Source of the DNA: an uncultured Acidobacteriota bacterium
Lineage (GTDB): Bacteria > Acidobacteriota > Thermoanaerobaculia > Multivoradales > SZUA-115
Assembly (NCBI GenBank): GCA_963805975.1
Contig: CAWDVR010000005.1
Coordinates: forward strand, 480,001 to 544,000
DNA: 64,000 bases
Direction of reading: 5' to 3'
Shown here: positions 41,408 to 51,597 of the stretch, in pieces
How the letters are laid out: every line of letters starts with the position of its first letter
Numbering within the stretch: position 1 is the first letter of the stretch
Made by a program: the position numbers and the translations under genes
Notes under the pieces: generated by a model
The model's input: only the letters and a program-made list of their open reading frames with translations
The model's database searches: none
What the model was told of the DNA's origin: nothing

Positions 41408-41851
41408 TTAGAGGCACGAAATCGGCGGCCAGCAGTCCACGCAGTACGCGCGGCCGCACTGGACCGCCCCGCCTCCCGACGCCCGGCACTCGCAGTAGCC
41501 ACATGGATCGAGGCAGCTCGGGGACGGTGTGCAGCCGGGGAACGGGCAGTTGGTGGTGACGCCGTCGCAGGTGACGGAGGTGGAAGTGACGGTACATGAG
41601 CTGTGGCCGGTGCAGCTGATAAAGCAGCCGCTAGAGCAGGTCTGCTGGGCGTTGCAGTGGTTGAGCTCGAGCGGGGCGGGAGCAGCCCCGGGCAGCTCGA
41701 GCAGGTCGGACAGGCCGGCGGTCGCCACCTGGCAGGCGGGCGGGGCGGGGGAGAGGGACGCCGGCAGCGCGGCATCGACGCCGGCAGCGGCCGGCAGGGC
41801 CAGGACGGTGCCGAAACAGAGAGCAAGCACGGCGAAACGGCTTCTGGACAT
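41408..41851 (-). CDS. Secreted cysteine-rich small protein
   Basis: AGGAGG SD, signal peptide, Pro/Ala spacer, then 16 Cys in the last ~83 aa. Confidence 0.75.
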   Translation of the reverse strand: MSRSRFAVLALCFGTVLALPAAAGVDAALPASLSPAPPACQVATAGLSDLLELPGAAPAPLELNHCNAQQTCSSGCFISCTGHSSCTVTSTSVTCDGVTTNCPFPGCTPSPSCLDPCGYCECRASGGGAVQCGRAYCVDCWPPISCL

Positions 41852-42084
41852 GGCTCTTTTCCTCCTGGCGTGCGCCTCTTGAGACTGAGTGTAGAGCTAT
41901 CGCTCGATGATTCGGATCATCTCATGTCGACAGTACTTATGCAACGGCTTTCTGATTTGCTGTCCTGCCTCTTGCCTTGGCCCATCGGGATTGTTGATCG
42001 ACTTGATCAACTTTTCTAGAATGGCCGCCCCATGAGCCTTCTCCCAATCCGCAGGGCTCTTCCCAACAGACAGGAGCCGATCCC

Positions 42085-42954
<870 letters not shown>

Positions 42955-42960
42955 CCGCCG

Positions 42961-43422
42961 ATGGAGCCCGAGCTTCCGCCCAAGCTGGCACGGCTGGTGG
43001 ACGCCTTCGCCCTGATGCCGGAGCGGAGCGAGCGCATCGAGGCGCTGATCGGCATCGCCGAGCGCTTCCGCCCGGTGCCGGAGTCGGTCGCCGCGCGGCC
43101 CTACCCGGAGGAGAACAAGGTGCCGGCCTGCGAGTCCGAGGCGTATCTCTTCGCGCGCCCGCAGGAGGACGGTACCTTGAAGCTCCACTTCGCGGTCGAG
43201 AACCCGCAGGGCATCTCGGCCCAGGCCATGGCCGTGATCCTCGACGAGACGCTCTCCGGCGCACCCCTCGACCAGGTGGCGAAGGTACCGCGCGACCTGC
43301 CCTACAAGCTCTTCGGCAACGAGCTCTCGATGGGCAAGTCCATGGGTCTGATGGGCATGGTCGCCATGGCGCAGAACGCGGCGCGGCGGGCGTCGGCTAG
43401 TCGAGATACCCCAGCGCCCTGA
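42961..43422 (+). CDS. sufE: SufE-family sulfur-acceptor protein
   Basis: KVPACESEAY conserved Cys; directly downstream of sseA, as in the known actinobacterial SseA-SufE pair. Confidence 0.82.
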   Translation: MEPELPPKLARLVDAFALMPERSERIEALIGIAERFRPVPESVAARPYPEENKVPACESEAYLFARPQEDGTLKLHFAVENPQGISAQAMAVILDETLSGAPLDQVAKVPRDLPYKLFGNELSMGKSMGLMGMVAMAQNAARRASASRDTPAP

Positions 43423-44773
43423 GCTGCTCGATCGATTCCGGGTCGAGCTCTGCCACGGGCAGGTTGCCCAGGGATTTCAGGCCCTGCTGCACGCGGGCGA
43501 GCCAATCGGCCAGGGCGGGCGAGGCCTTGCTCTCGGCAGCCGTCAGGTTCTTGCTCTCGCGGGGGTCGGCGCGAAGATCGAAGAGCCGGTGCACGCCGGC
43601 GAGGCGCAGGATCTCCTTGCGGCCGTTCTCTACGATCGCCACCTCGAGCAGGCCGCCGGCGCGGGCGTCCTTGCCTTCGCCGTGCCCGAGGACGGCGCCC
43701 TTGTGTGCCTGGAAGGCCGTCACCCGTTCCTGGGGAGCCGGAGCACGCCGGGTGAGGACCGCCGACCAGTCGTAGCCCGTGAGCGACGGAGGCACCGGCA
43801 GGCCGAGCAGACCGAGCACCGTGGGAGTCAGGTCCGTGATCAGGGCCGGGACCGAGATCGTCTGTCCGGAGGGGATCTTGCCGGGCCAGGCGAGCCCCAT
43901 TGGGATGCGCAGGTTGGGGTCGTAGACGTTCCTGCCGTGGCCCCAGTAGCCGTGCTCGCCCAGGCTCTCGCCGTGGTCGCTCGCGAAGAGCAGCAGATTG
44001 TCGCCGCCGGGCTCGATGCGTCCGAGGGCGGCGAGCAGCAGCTCGACCTGGTGGTCCACGAAGGCGATCTCGGTGTCGTAGCGGTCGGAGCGCGAGGCCC
44101 CCTCGGAGACCGGCACCCCGAGGCGCGACGCAAACTTTTCTTGCAGCCGATAGGGCGCGTGCGGCTCGACGTAGTGCACCCAGAGCAGAAACGGCCGCCG
44201 GCCGTCGCTCGCCTGCTGCTTCTCCATCCAGTCGATGGCGGCCTGGGTCAGGTCCTCGCCCGTCGCCTCGCCCTTGAACATGCCCATCCAGCGCTTGCGG
44301 CTGAGCACCTCTTCGTAGAGATCGAAGTGCTCGCCGAGGCCGGAGAGCCTGTCGCGCACCGTCCAGTTGCCCACGAAGGCGGCCGTGCGGTAGCCGCCGT
44401 GGGACAGGAGCTTGGGCAGCGAGGACAGGCCGGGCCGGAGCCGCAGGCCGTTTCTCGTGGCCCCGTGCTGATGAGGCTCGAGCGAGGTCCAGAGCGAGGA
44501 CAGCGACGGGCCGGTCAGCGGCTCGATGGTGCGCGCCTCGGAGAACCGGGCGCCGCCCGCCAGCAGGCGGTCGATGGCCGGGCTGGTGGGCCGCGGGTAG
44601 CCGGCCGAGGACAACCGGTCGGCGCGCAGCGTGTCCACCGTGACGAAGACGATGTTGGGCAGCCGCCGGCCGGCAGCCTGGGCCGGCTCGTCCCCGGTCC
44701 ATGCCCAGACCGTGACCGCCGCGAGCAGGAGCGCGGAAAACCGAGGAGATCTTGGGCGAGGGGCAGGTCGCAA
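43397..44773 (-). CDS. Exported sulfatase-like/alkaline-phosphatase-superfamily hydrolase
   Basis: PNIVFVTVDTLRAD, PLTGPS, WVHYVEPHAPY, YD.EI..VD, ASDHGESLGEHG..GHG, LRALGYLD. Confidence 0.88.
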   Translation of the reverse strand: MRPAPRPRSPRFSALLLAAVTVWAWTGDEPAQAAGRRLPNIVFVTVDTLRADRLSSAGYPRPTSPAIDRLLAGGARFSEARTIEPLTGPSLSSLWTSLEPHQHGATRNGLRLRPGLSSLPKLLSHGGYRTAAFVGNWTVRDRLSGLGEHFDLYEEVLSRKRWMGMFKGEATGEDLTQAAIDWMEKQQASDGRRPFLLWVHYVEPHAPYRLQEKFASRLGVPVSEGASRSDRYDTEIAFVDHQVELLLAALGRIEPGGDNLLLFASDHGESLGEHGYWGHGRNVYDPNLRIPMGLAWPGKIPSGQTISVPALITDLTPTVLGLLGLPVPPSLTGYDWSAVLTRRAPAPQERVTAFQAHKGAVLGHGEGKDARAGGLLEVAIVENGRKEILRLAGVHRLFDLRADPRESKNLTAAESKASPALADWLARVQQGLKSLGNLPVAELDPESIEQLRALGYLD

Positions 44774-44857
44774 AGCGGCCGAAAGTGTACTCCAGTCCGC
44801 CGCCGGGAGACGCCGGCGCTTGCCGCGACCACTTCTGGCGCGCTACCGTAGCCGCCC

Positions 44858-45424
44858 ATGCCGAGGATCACCAAGGTCTACACGCGGACCGGCGACGAAG
44901 GAACCACCGGCCTGGGCGGCGGCCAGCGCGTGGCCAAGGACTCGCTGCGGATCGCGGCCTACGGCACCGTGGACGAGCTCAACTCGGTGCTGGGCGTGGC
45001 GCTCGCCTGCGGGCTCGATGCGCGCCTGGCAGCGGAGCTGCGGCGCATCCAGAACGAGCTCTTCCACCTCGGGTCGGACCTCTGCGTGCTCGAGGAGGAC
45101 AAGGCGCGGATGCCGGTGCCGCGGATCGAGGACCGCCACGTCGACGCCCTGGAGAAGCTGATGGACGCGCTCTCCGAGGAGCTAACGCCGCTCGCCAACT
45201 TCGTGCTGCCCGGCGGCAGTGCCGGCGCGGCGCACCTCCACGTGGCGCGGACGGTCTGCCGCCGCGCCGAACGGGTGCTGGTGGCCTTAGGACGCGAGGA
45301 GGCGATCGGCGCCTTTACGATCCCCTACGTGAACCGCCTGTCGGACGCGCTCTTCGTGATGGCCCGCTACGAGAACCTCAAGCAGGGCAGTGGGGCGGAC
45401 GTGCTGTGGGACAGCCGGGCCTGA
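44858..45424 (+). CDS. pduO: PduO-type ATP:cob(I)alamin adenosyltransferase
   Basis: [46 protein letters not shown]. Confidence 0.93.
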   Translation: MPRITKVYTRTGDEGTTGLGGGQRVAKDSLRIAAYGTVDELNSVLGVALACGLDARLAAELRRIQNELFHLGSDLCVLEEDKARMPVPRIEDRHVDALEKLMDALSEELTPLANFVLPGGSAGAAHLHVARTVCRRAERVLVALGREEAIGAFTIPYVNRLSDALFVMARYENLKQGSGADVLWDSRA

Positions 45425-45428
45425 AAGC

Positions 45429-47144
45429 CTAGACCACCGTCTCGCGCACCACTTCCTCCACCGAGGTCACGCCGTCGCGGATCTTCTGCAGGCCGCTGGC
45501 GCGGAGCGAGATCATGCCGCGCTCCATCGCCTTCTGGCGCAGCTCGAAGGCGGTGGCGCCGGAGAGGATCAGCTCGCGCAGATCGTCGTCGATCTCCATC
45601 ACCTCGTAGAGGCCGACGCGGCCCTTGTAGCCGGTGCCGCTGCAACGGTCGCAGCCGCGGCCGCGGAAGAGAGAGAGGTTGCGAGCCTCCTGCTCGCCGA
45701 AGCCGACGTTGACCAGGCCGGCCAAGGGGACGTCGAAGGGCTCCTTGCAGAAGGAGCAGATCCTCCGCACCAGGCGCTGGGCGACGATCAGGTGCACGGA
45801 GGTCGCCACCAGGAAGGGCTCGATGCCCATGTTCATCAGGCGGTTGATCGACGACGGCGCGTCGTTGGTGTGGAGCGTCGAGAGCACCAGGTGGCCGGTC
45901 ATGGCGGCCTTGATCGCCACCTCCGCGGTCTCGAAGTCGCGGATCTCTCCCACCAGGATGATGTTCGGGTCCTGGCGCAGGAAGGAGCGCAGGGCGGCGG
46001 CGAAGTTGAGGCCGATCTGCTCCTTCATCTGCACCTGGTTGATGCCCGGCAGGTTGAACTCCACCGGGTCCTCGGCGGTGATGATGTTGACCTCCGGCTG
46101 GTTGATGCGCTGGAGGGCCGAGTAGAGGGTGTTGGTCTTGCCCGAGCCGGTGGGGCCGGTGACCAGCACCATGCCGTAGGGCTTGAGGATCGCCTGCTCG
46201 AAGCGGCGCAGCGACTCGACCTCGAAGCCGAGCCGCGCCATGTCGAGCATCAGGTTGTCCTTGTCGAGCAGCCGCATCACGATCTTCTCGCCGAAGATCG
46301 TCGGCAGCACCGAGACGCGCAGGTCGAGATCCTTGAACTTGCCCGAGACCTTGGTCTTGATCTTGATCCGGCCGTCCTGCGGCAGCCGCTTCTCGGCGAT
46401 GTCGAGCTTGGCCATGATCTTGATGCGGCTGGTGATCGCCTCCTTGAGCTTGATCGGAGGGTGCATCACCTCGTAGAGCAGGCCGTCGATGCGGTAGCGG
46501 ACCCGGTAGTCCTTCTCGTAGGGCTCGACGTGGATGTCCGAGGCGCCGCGCTTGATGGCGTCGGTCAGGAAGATGTTGACCAGCTTGACGACCGGTGCCT
46601 GCTCGGACTCCTCTTCGAGCGCCCCGAGATCGAGGTCCTGCTCTTCCTCGAGAACCTCGAGGTCGGTCTCCGTCTCCTCGGAGAGATCCTCCATCACCTT
46701 CTTGAGCTCGATCGAGTGCGTGCTGCCGTAGTAGCGGTCGATGGCGTTGCGCAGGCTGGTCTCGGAAGCCACCACCGGCTCGACCCGGTAGCCGGTCATG
46801 AACTTCACATCGTCCATGGCGAAGACGTTGGTGGGGTCGATCATCGCCAGGGTGAGCGTGGCGCCGGCCTTGGAGACCGGCAGGATCGTGTACTTGCGCG
46901 CGATGTCCGCCGGGACGATCCTGATCACCACCTCGTCGACGTCGATGCCGTCGAGGCCGATGGCAGGCACCCCGAAGTGCTGCGCGAGCGCTTCGACGAG
47001 GTCGTTTTCCGAAAGGTAGGCGAGCTTGACCAGCAAGCTTCCCACGCGCCCGCCCTGCTCCTTCTGGAGAGCGAGCGCCTCCTGGAGCTGCAACGGATTG
47101 ACCTTGCCGGTCTTGACCAGGATGTCGCCGAATCGATTCGCCAT
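45429..47144 (-). CDS. pilB: Type IV-A pilus assembly ATPase
   Basis: ASDIHVEP, EKRLPQDGR, GPTGSGKT, TAEDPVE, LRQDPNIILVGEIRD, TGHLVLSTLHTND, CxxC...CxxC. Confidence 0.93.
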   Translation of the reverse strand: MANRFGDILVKTGKVNPLQLQEALALQKEQGGRVGSLLVKLAYLSENDLVEALAQHFGVPAIGLDGIDVDEVVIRIVPADIARKYTILPVSKAGATLTLAMIDPTNVFAMDDVKFMTGYRVEPVVASETSLRNAIDRYYGSTHSIELKKVMEDLSEETETDLEVLEEEQDLDLGALEEESEQAPVVKLVNIFLTDAIKRGASDIHVEPYEKDYRVRYRIDGLLYEVMHPPIKLKEAITSRIKIMAKLDIAEKRLPQDGRIKIKTKVSGKFKDLDLRVSVLPTIFGEKIVMRLLDKDNLMLDMARLGFEVESLRRFEQAILKPYGMVLVTGPTGSGKTNTLYSALQRINQPEVNIITAEDPVEFNLPGINQVQMKEQIGLNFAAALRSFLRQDPNIILVGEIRDFETAEVAIKAAMTGHLVLSTLHTNDAPSSINRLMNMGIEPFLVATSVHLIVAQRLVRRICSFCKEPFDVPLAGLVNVGFGEQEARNLSLFRGRGCDRCSGTGYKGRVGLYEVMEIDDDLRELILSGATAFELRQKAMERGMISLRASGLQKIRDGVTSVEEVVRETVV

Positions 47145-47272
47145 GCGAGCCCCCAGAACCAACGCGGAAAACGAAGCGAAAACTGCTGCCCGAGCGCGAG
47201 CGGGTGCCGCGACGGCAGGTGTGATCGGAAACGAGCAGGCGGGAGTTTACAGTGAGGCAGAGGGACCGGCAA

Positions 47273-48319
47273 CTATGTGCGTCTCGCAATGGAAGCGAAT
47301 GCCGCGTCGATGTTCGGCCGCTCTCGAGCGCGCAGCAGGTCGATCGCCCGCTCGGCGACCGCAGCGGGCTCGATGGCCAGCAGGCAGGCGCGAGTATCGT
47401 CGAGGCGCTGGTGGCAGAAGCTGCACGGGAGAACCACGGAGAGCGCCTGCCGGGGCTCGCCGTACGGGCCGTGCGTACGTGGGTCGGTGGGCCCCATCAG
47501 CGCGAGCGCGGGAGTGCCCAGGGCATGCGCCAGGTGCAGCGGTCCGGTGTCGCCCGCCAGCACCAGGCCGGCGCTCCTCAGCACGCGACCCAGGGTCCGG
47601 AGGTCCCCCGCCTCGATGCGCTCGGCTACGCCGCCGCTCGCCGTCTCCACCGCCGCCGCGAGCTGTCGCTCGCCGGGCGCCACGGCCACGCGCACGGCGA
47701 GGCCCCGTGCGGCGAGCTGCCGCGCCACTTCTCCCCAGCGCACCGGCGGATAGACCTTGTTGCCCCAGCCGGCACCGGGATGGATGAGCACGAAACCGCG
47801 CTCCGGCCACGGCTCGGCACCGGCGAAGAGCTTGTCACCGCCGAAGTCCGCGGGCTCCGGTTCGAGGTCGAGAGCGGCGAGCAGCGCCAGCGCGCGCTCG
47901 ACCGCGTGGGCGCCCGCGGGTGCCACGCCGCGGCTCATCCAGACGGCGCTCTCCGGCTCGCGGCGGAACGGGCGCGCCAGGCCGATGCGCCGGTCGGCGA
48001 GCGACAGCGCGGCGAGCAGGCCCCCCTTGTGGTTGCCCATCAGGTCGAGCGCGATGTCGGCCTCGAAGCGCCGCAGGGCGGCGAGGAAGCGGGCCACCTC
48101 GGCGAGGGTCGAAGGCGCGAACGGGCGCCGGCGCCAGGGCCGCAGACGGACGGGGATCAGCTCGTCGAGGTCAGGATGGCCGGCCAGCAACGGTGCCATC
48201 GCCTCCTCGACCACCCATCCGAGGCGCGCCGCCGGCAGCTGGCGGCGCAGGGCGGTGAGCACCGGCAGGCAGTGCACGACGTCGCCCAGGGCGCTGGTGC
48301 GGACGAGGAGGATGCGCAC
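47273..48319 (-). CDS. GT9 LPS heptosyltransferase (WaaC/WaaF-like)
   Basis: ILLVRTSALGDVVH, HPGAGW..K, GDTGPLHLA.ALGTP, GPT.P. Confidence 0.9.
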   Translation of the reverse strand: MRILLVRTSALGDVVHCLPVLTALRRQLPAARLGWVVEEAMAPLLAGHPDLDELIPVRLRPWRRRPFAPSTLAEVARFLAALRRFEADIALDLMGNHKGGLLAALSLADRRIGLARPFRREPESAVWMSRGVAPAGAHAVERALALLAALDLEPEPADFGGDKLFAGAEPWPERGFVLIHPGAGWGNKVYPPVRWGEVARQLAARGLAVRVAVAPGERQLAAAVETASGGVAERIEAGDLRTLGRVLRSAGLVLAGDTGPLHLAHALGTPALALMGPTDPRTHGPYGEPRQALSVVLPCSFCHQRLDDTRACLLAIEPAAVAERAIDLLRARERPNIDAAFASIARRT

Positions 48320-48320
48320 G

Positions 48321-48797
48321 TCACGGCAGCGACTTGATCTTCTGGATCAGGTCGCTCGTCGCGTGGTCCTTGGGGTCGCCGACCAGGCGGGTGCTGCCGC
48401 CGTAGGCACGGACCGTCTCGTGCTCCGGGACGCGCTCCGGCGTGCCGTAGTCGGTGCCCTTGCAGTGGACGTCGGGCCGGAGGCGGGCGAGGAGCGGGGC
48501 CGGCGAGTCGCCCTCGAAGACCACGACGTAGTCGACCGGCGACAGAGCCGCCAGCAGCTCGGCGCGCTCGGTGGCCGGCACGACGGGCCGCCCCGGTCCC
48601 TTGAGGCGGGCCACGGAGCCGTCGTCGTTGATCGCCACCACCAGCACGTCCGCCTCGCGCCGCGCCGCCTCGAGATAGCGCAGGTGCCCCACGTGCAGCA
48701 GGTCGAAATGGCCGTTGGCGAGCGCGATCGTGCGACCGCTGCGGCGCACCGCCTCGAGCTCCCGCGCGAGATCGGCCGCGCTCAGCACGCGACCCAT
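48321..48797 (-). CDS. hldC: Heptose-1-phosphate adenylyltransferase (RfaE domain II)
   Basis: [27 protein letters not shown]. Confidence 0.88.
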   Translation of the reverse strand: MGRVLSAADLARELEAVRRSGRTIALANGHFDLLHVGHLRYLEAARREADVLVVAINDDGSVARLKGPGRPVVPATERAELLAALSPVDYVVVFEGDSPAPLLARLRPDVHCKGTDYGTPERVPEHETVRAYGGSTRLVGDPKDHATSDLIQKIKSLP

Positions 48798-49831
48798 TGG
48801 AGCCCTTCGAGCGGGGTGGGATCGGTCTTGATCGCGTCGCGAAGCTCGGCAGCCGTGACGGTGGCCGTCCCCATCTTCATCACCACCACCCCGCCGGCGT
48901 AGTTGGCAAGCAGCGCGGCCTCGAGCGGCGAGCCACCCGCGGCGAGCGCCAGGGCGAAGGCGCCGATCACCGTGTCCCCGGCGCCGGTGACGTCGGCCAC
49001 CTGGGCGGTGCCGTGGACGGGCAGGTGGACCGCGGAGCCCTCCTCGAGGAGGGACATGCCGCGGCTGCCCCGAGTGACGAGCAGAAACCGGGCAGCGAGC
49101 AGCTCGCGCAGCGCGCGGCCGCCGCGAGTCACGGTGGCGAGGTCGTCGCCCAGGGGCGCCCGGAGCAGGGCCTCGGCCTCCTCCTCGTTCGGCGTTCCGC
49201 CGTCCAGGCCGACGAACTCCGCCAGGCGGTAGCGACTGTCGACCAGCACCGGCGCCCCGGGCGCGAGGCGCTCGCGCAGGGCCGGCAGCAGCTCCGGCAC
49301 CGCCGCGCCGTAGCCGTAGTCGCTCACCACCGCCACGCCGGGCCGCAGATCCCAGCCCGCGAGGGCGCCGGCGAAGTGGCGCCTGTCCTGGTCGGTCAGA
49401 GTGAGGGGCTCCTCGATGTCGAAACGCACGATCTGTTGTTTGATGGAGTTCCGGCCGCCGCCCAGAATCCGCGTCTTCGTAGGGGTGCGATATCCGGCAC
49501 GGACGGCAATGCCCTCGATCGGGACGCCCATCCCGGAAAACGCCGCGAGGAGATCGTGGCCACTGGCGTCGTCGCCGACGATGCCCAAAGGCAGGGGACG
49601 GCCGCCCAGGGCGGCGATGTTGGCGACCGCGTTGGCACCGCCCCCGGGCACGGTGCGCTCGCTCTCGAAGCGCAGGATGAGGACCGGCGCCTCGCGGCTG
49701 ATCCGTTTCGGAATGCCGGAGATGAAGCGGTCGGCGACCAGGTCCGCAAGCACCGGGACCGGGCAACCCGCCAGGCGGTCGATCAGCTCGAGAAGCCGGT
49801 CGGGTGACGGAAGTGGTTTCACCTCAGTCAT
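48782..49831 (-). CDS. hldA: Heptose-7-phosphate kinase (RfaE domain I, PfkB family)
   Basis: [36 protein letters not shown]. Confidence 0.88.
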   Translation of the reverse strand: MTEVKPLPSPDRLLELIDRLAGCPVPVLADLVADRFISGIPKRISREAPVLILRFESERTVPGGGANAVANIAALGGRPLPLGIVGDDASGHDLLAAFSGMGVPIEGIAVRAGYRTPTKTRILGGGRNSIKQQIVRFDIEEPLTLTDQDRRHFAGALAGWDLRPGVAVVSDYGYGAAVPELLPALRERLAPGAPVLVDSRYRLAEFVGLDGGTPNEEEAEALLRAPLGDDLATVTRGGRALRELLAARFLLVTRGSRGMSLLEEGSAVHLPVHGTAQVADVTGAGDTVIGAFALALAAGGSPLEAALLANYAGGVVVMKMGTATVTAAELRDAIKTDPTPLEGLQWVAC

Positions 49832-49937
49832 TTGCGGCGCGGATCTTAGCATGCCCGAAGGCCCGCTCGGCGCGTTCGGAGTCGGCGTCCGTCCAAGGTG
49901 CAGGGGACCGGCATGGGACGGTAGGGCGCCAAACCGT

Positions 49938-49952
49938 TGGCACGACGCATGC
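49938..49952 (+). promoter_or_regulatory. Possible sigma-54 promoter upstream of the ECF operon
   Basis: TGGCAC-GACGC-ATGC with GG-N10-GC spacing; one mismatch to consensus. Confidence 0.4.
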
Positions 49953-49990
49953 GTACACTTTTCTGCCGGTTTCGTGTCTTCGAGGAGGGA

Positions 49991-50677
49991 ATGGGCATGG
50001 CAATCGACAAGGCCGAAGAGGTGGTTCACGGGCGTGGCTGGGACTTCGAGGCCGTGGCGATGCCATTCGTCGATGCCCTCTATAACACCGCCTATCGGAT
50101 GACCCGCAACGCCGAGGACGCCGAGGATCTGGTGCAGGAGACCTACCTCAAGGCCTACCGCTACTACGACAAGTTCGAGGACGGCACCAATTTCAAGGCG
50201 TGGCTCTTCAAGATCATGAAGAACACGTTCATCAACAACTACCGGCGCAAGCAGCAGACGCCGCCGCTCAGCGACTTCGCCGAGATCGAAGAGGCGTTCG
50301 AGAGCCAGGTGAGCAAGGACGCCTCCGGGCAGATCAAGAGCCCGGAGCAGGAGTACCTGGAGAACGTGCTCGACGAGGACGTGCAGCGGGCGCTCGACCA
50401 TCTTCCGCCGGACTACCGGATGGTGGTCCTCCTGGCCGACCTCGAAGGCTTTTCCTACAAGGAGATCGCCGAGATCCTGGAAGTGCCGGTCGGCACCGTC
50501 ATGAGCCGCCTCTACCGCGGGCGGCGGCTGCTCGAGTCGGCGATGCTCGAGTACGCCCGCGAGTATGGCTATCTGCGTTCCGGCGAGCCCTCCAAGATGC
50601 GCAGCCGGCCGGCGGGCCCGACGGCCGAGCCTGCGAGCCCGGAAGCGGAGGAATTTCCGACCCAGGCGGGCGGTTAG
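49991..50677 (+). CDS. ECF sigma factor (SigH/SigR-like)
   Basis: [48 protein letters not shown]. Confidence 0.92.
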   Translation: MGMAIDKAEEVVHGRGWDFEAVAMPFVDALYNTAYRMTRNAEDAEDLVQETYLKAYRYYDKFEDGTNFKAWLFKIMKNTFINNYRRKQQTPPLSDFAEIEEAFESQVSKDASGQIKSPEQEYLENVLDEDVQRALDHLPPDYRMVVLLADLEGFSYKEIAEILEVPVGTVMSRLYRGRRLLESAMLEYAREYGYLRSGEPSKMRSRPAGPTAEPASPEAEEFPTQAGG

Positions 50678-50752
50678 ACTGTCCGAATAGTTCGGACCAC
50701 GCCGAGTGTCGCGTCGTCCCCTGATATCTCGCAGCTCCCGCGGAGGAAACGG

Positions 50753-50989
50753 ATGGACTGCCGGAAGGTCTCCGAGATCGCGTTCCTCTACGTCGACAAC
50801 GAGATGGGGTCGGATCTACAGCAGCCTTTTCACGACCACCTCTCTCGGTGTCCCTGCTGTGCCAGCCGGGTGGATCAGAGTCGCAGGCTGGTGATCCTGG
50901 TCCGCCAACGCTGCGTACGGCAGCCGGCTCCGCAGCACCTGCGGGTCCGCATCCTGACCAGCCTGCCGCATCGGCAGGGATGGAGCTGA
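50753..50989 (+). CDS. Zinc-binding anti-sigma factor (ZAS, RsrA/RshA-like)
   Basis: MDC...YVD.E...HLSRCPCC (HxxxCxxC) and AP..LR.RI; soluble. Confidence 0.88.
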   Translation: MDCRKVSEIAFLYVDNEMGSDLQQPFHDHLSRCPCCASRVDQSRRLVILVRQRCVRQPAPQHLRVRILTSLPHRQGWS

Positions 50990-50997
50990 CAACGGCT

Positions 50998-51459
50998 ATG
51001 CGAAACGCTTCGCGGTTTTTGATCACGGCCCTGGTCTCGGCCGTTCTCGGGTGTGCCCAGCCGGGGGCTGCCCAGGTGCCGGATCTGCCGGGGCTGTCCG
51101 GTTCCGGTGTGAGGTCTGCCGACCTGGCCAAAGGCAACGCTCTGCTCGTGGTCTGGACCTCGTGGTCGCCGCGATGCCGCGACGTGGTCGAGCGGGTCAA
51201 CGCGCTCGACCAGCAGTGGCAGGGCAAGGCCCGCGTCTACGCCGTCAATTTCAACGAGGACCGGACGGAGGCGGAGCGCTTTCTCCAAGGCAAGACCTTC
51301 AATGTTCCGGTGCTGCTCGATGCAGACGGCTCCTTCTCGAAGAAAAACGCCATCACGGTACTGCCGGGCCTGGTGGTGATCCAGGATGGGAAGATCACCT
51401 ACGCCGGCAAGCTGCCGGACGCCGCCGACGGCCTCCTTTCGGGGCTGCTCGACCGCTAG
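50998..51459 (+). CDS. TlpA/ResA-like thioredoxin-fold protein with SxxC; probable lipoprotein
   Basis: VLGC lipobox-like signal, VWTSWSPRC, AVNFNED, PVLLD.DG, cis-Pro VLP. Confidence 0.8.
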   Translation: MRNASRFLITALVSAVLGCAQPGAAQVPDLPGLSGSGVRSADLAKGNALLVVWTSWSPRCRDVVERVNALDQQWQGKARVYAVNFNEDRTEAERFLQGKTFNVPVLLDADGSFSKKNAITVLPGLVVIQDGKITYAGKLPDAADGLLSGLLDR

Positions 51460-51597
51460 CCCCTGTCGCTTCCCGGTCCACCGCCTCGGGAATTCCACCC
51501 CACGCTTGCATTGACGCCACAGTTGTGTGCTAAGCTCCGCAAGCTTTTTCGCCTAAGGAAAGTAACAGGGCCCACGAGAGCGATCCTACGCCGATAG

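Noticed and set aside
41994-42010. FNR/CRP-like box
   Set aside because: TTGAT and ATCAA are 7 bp apart, not 4.
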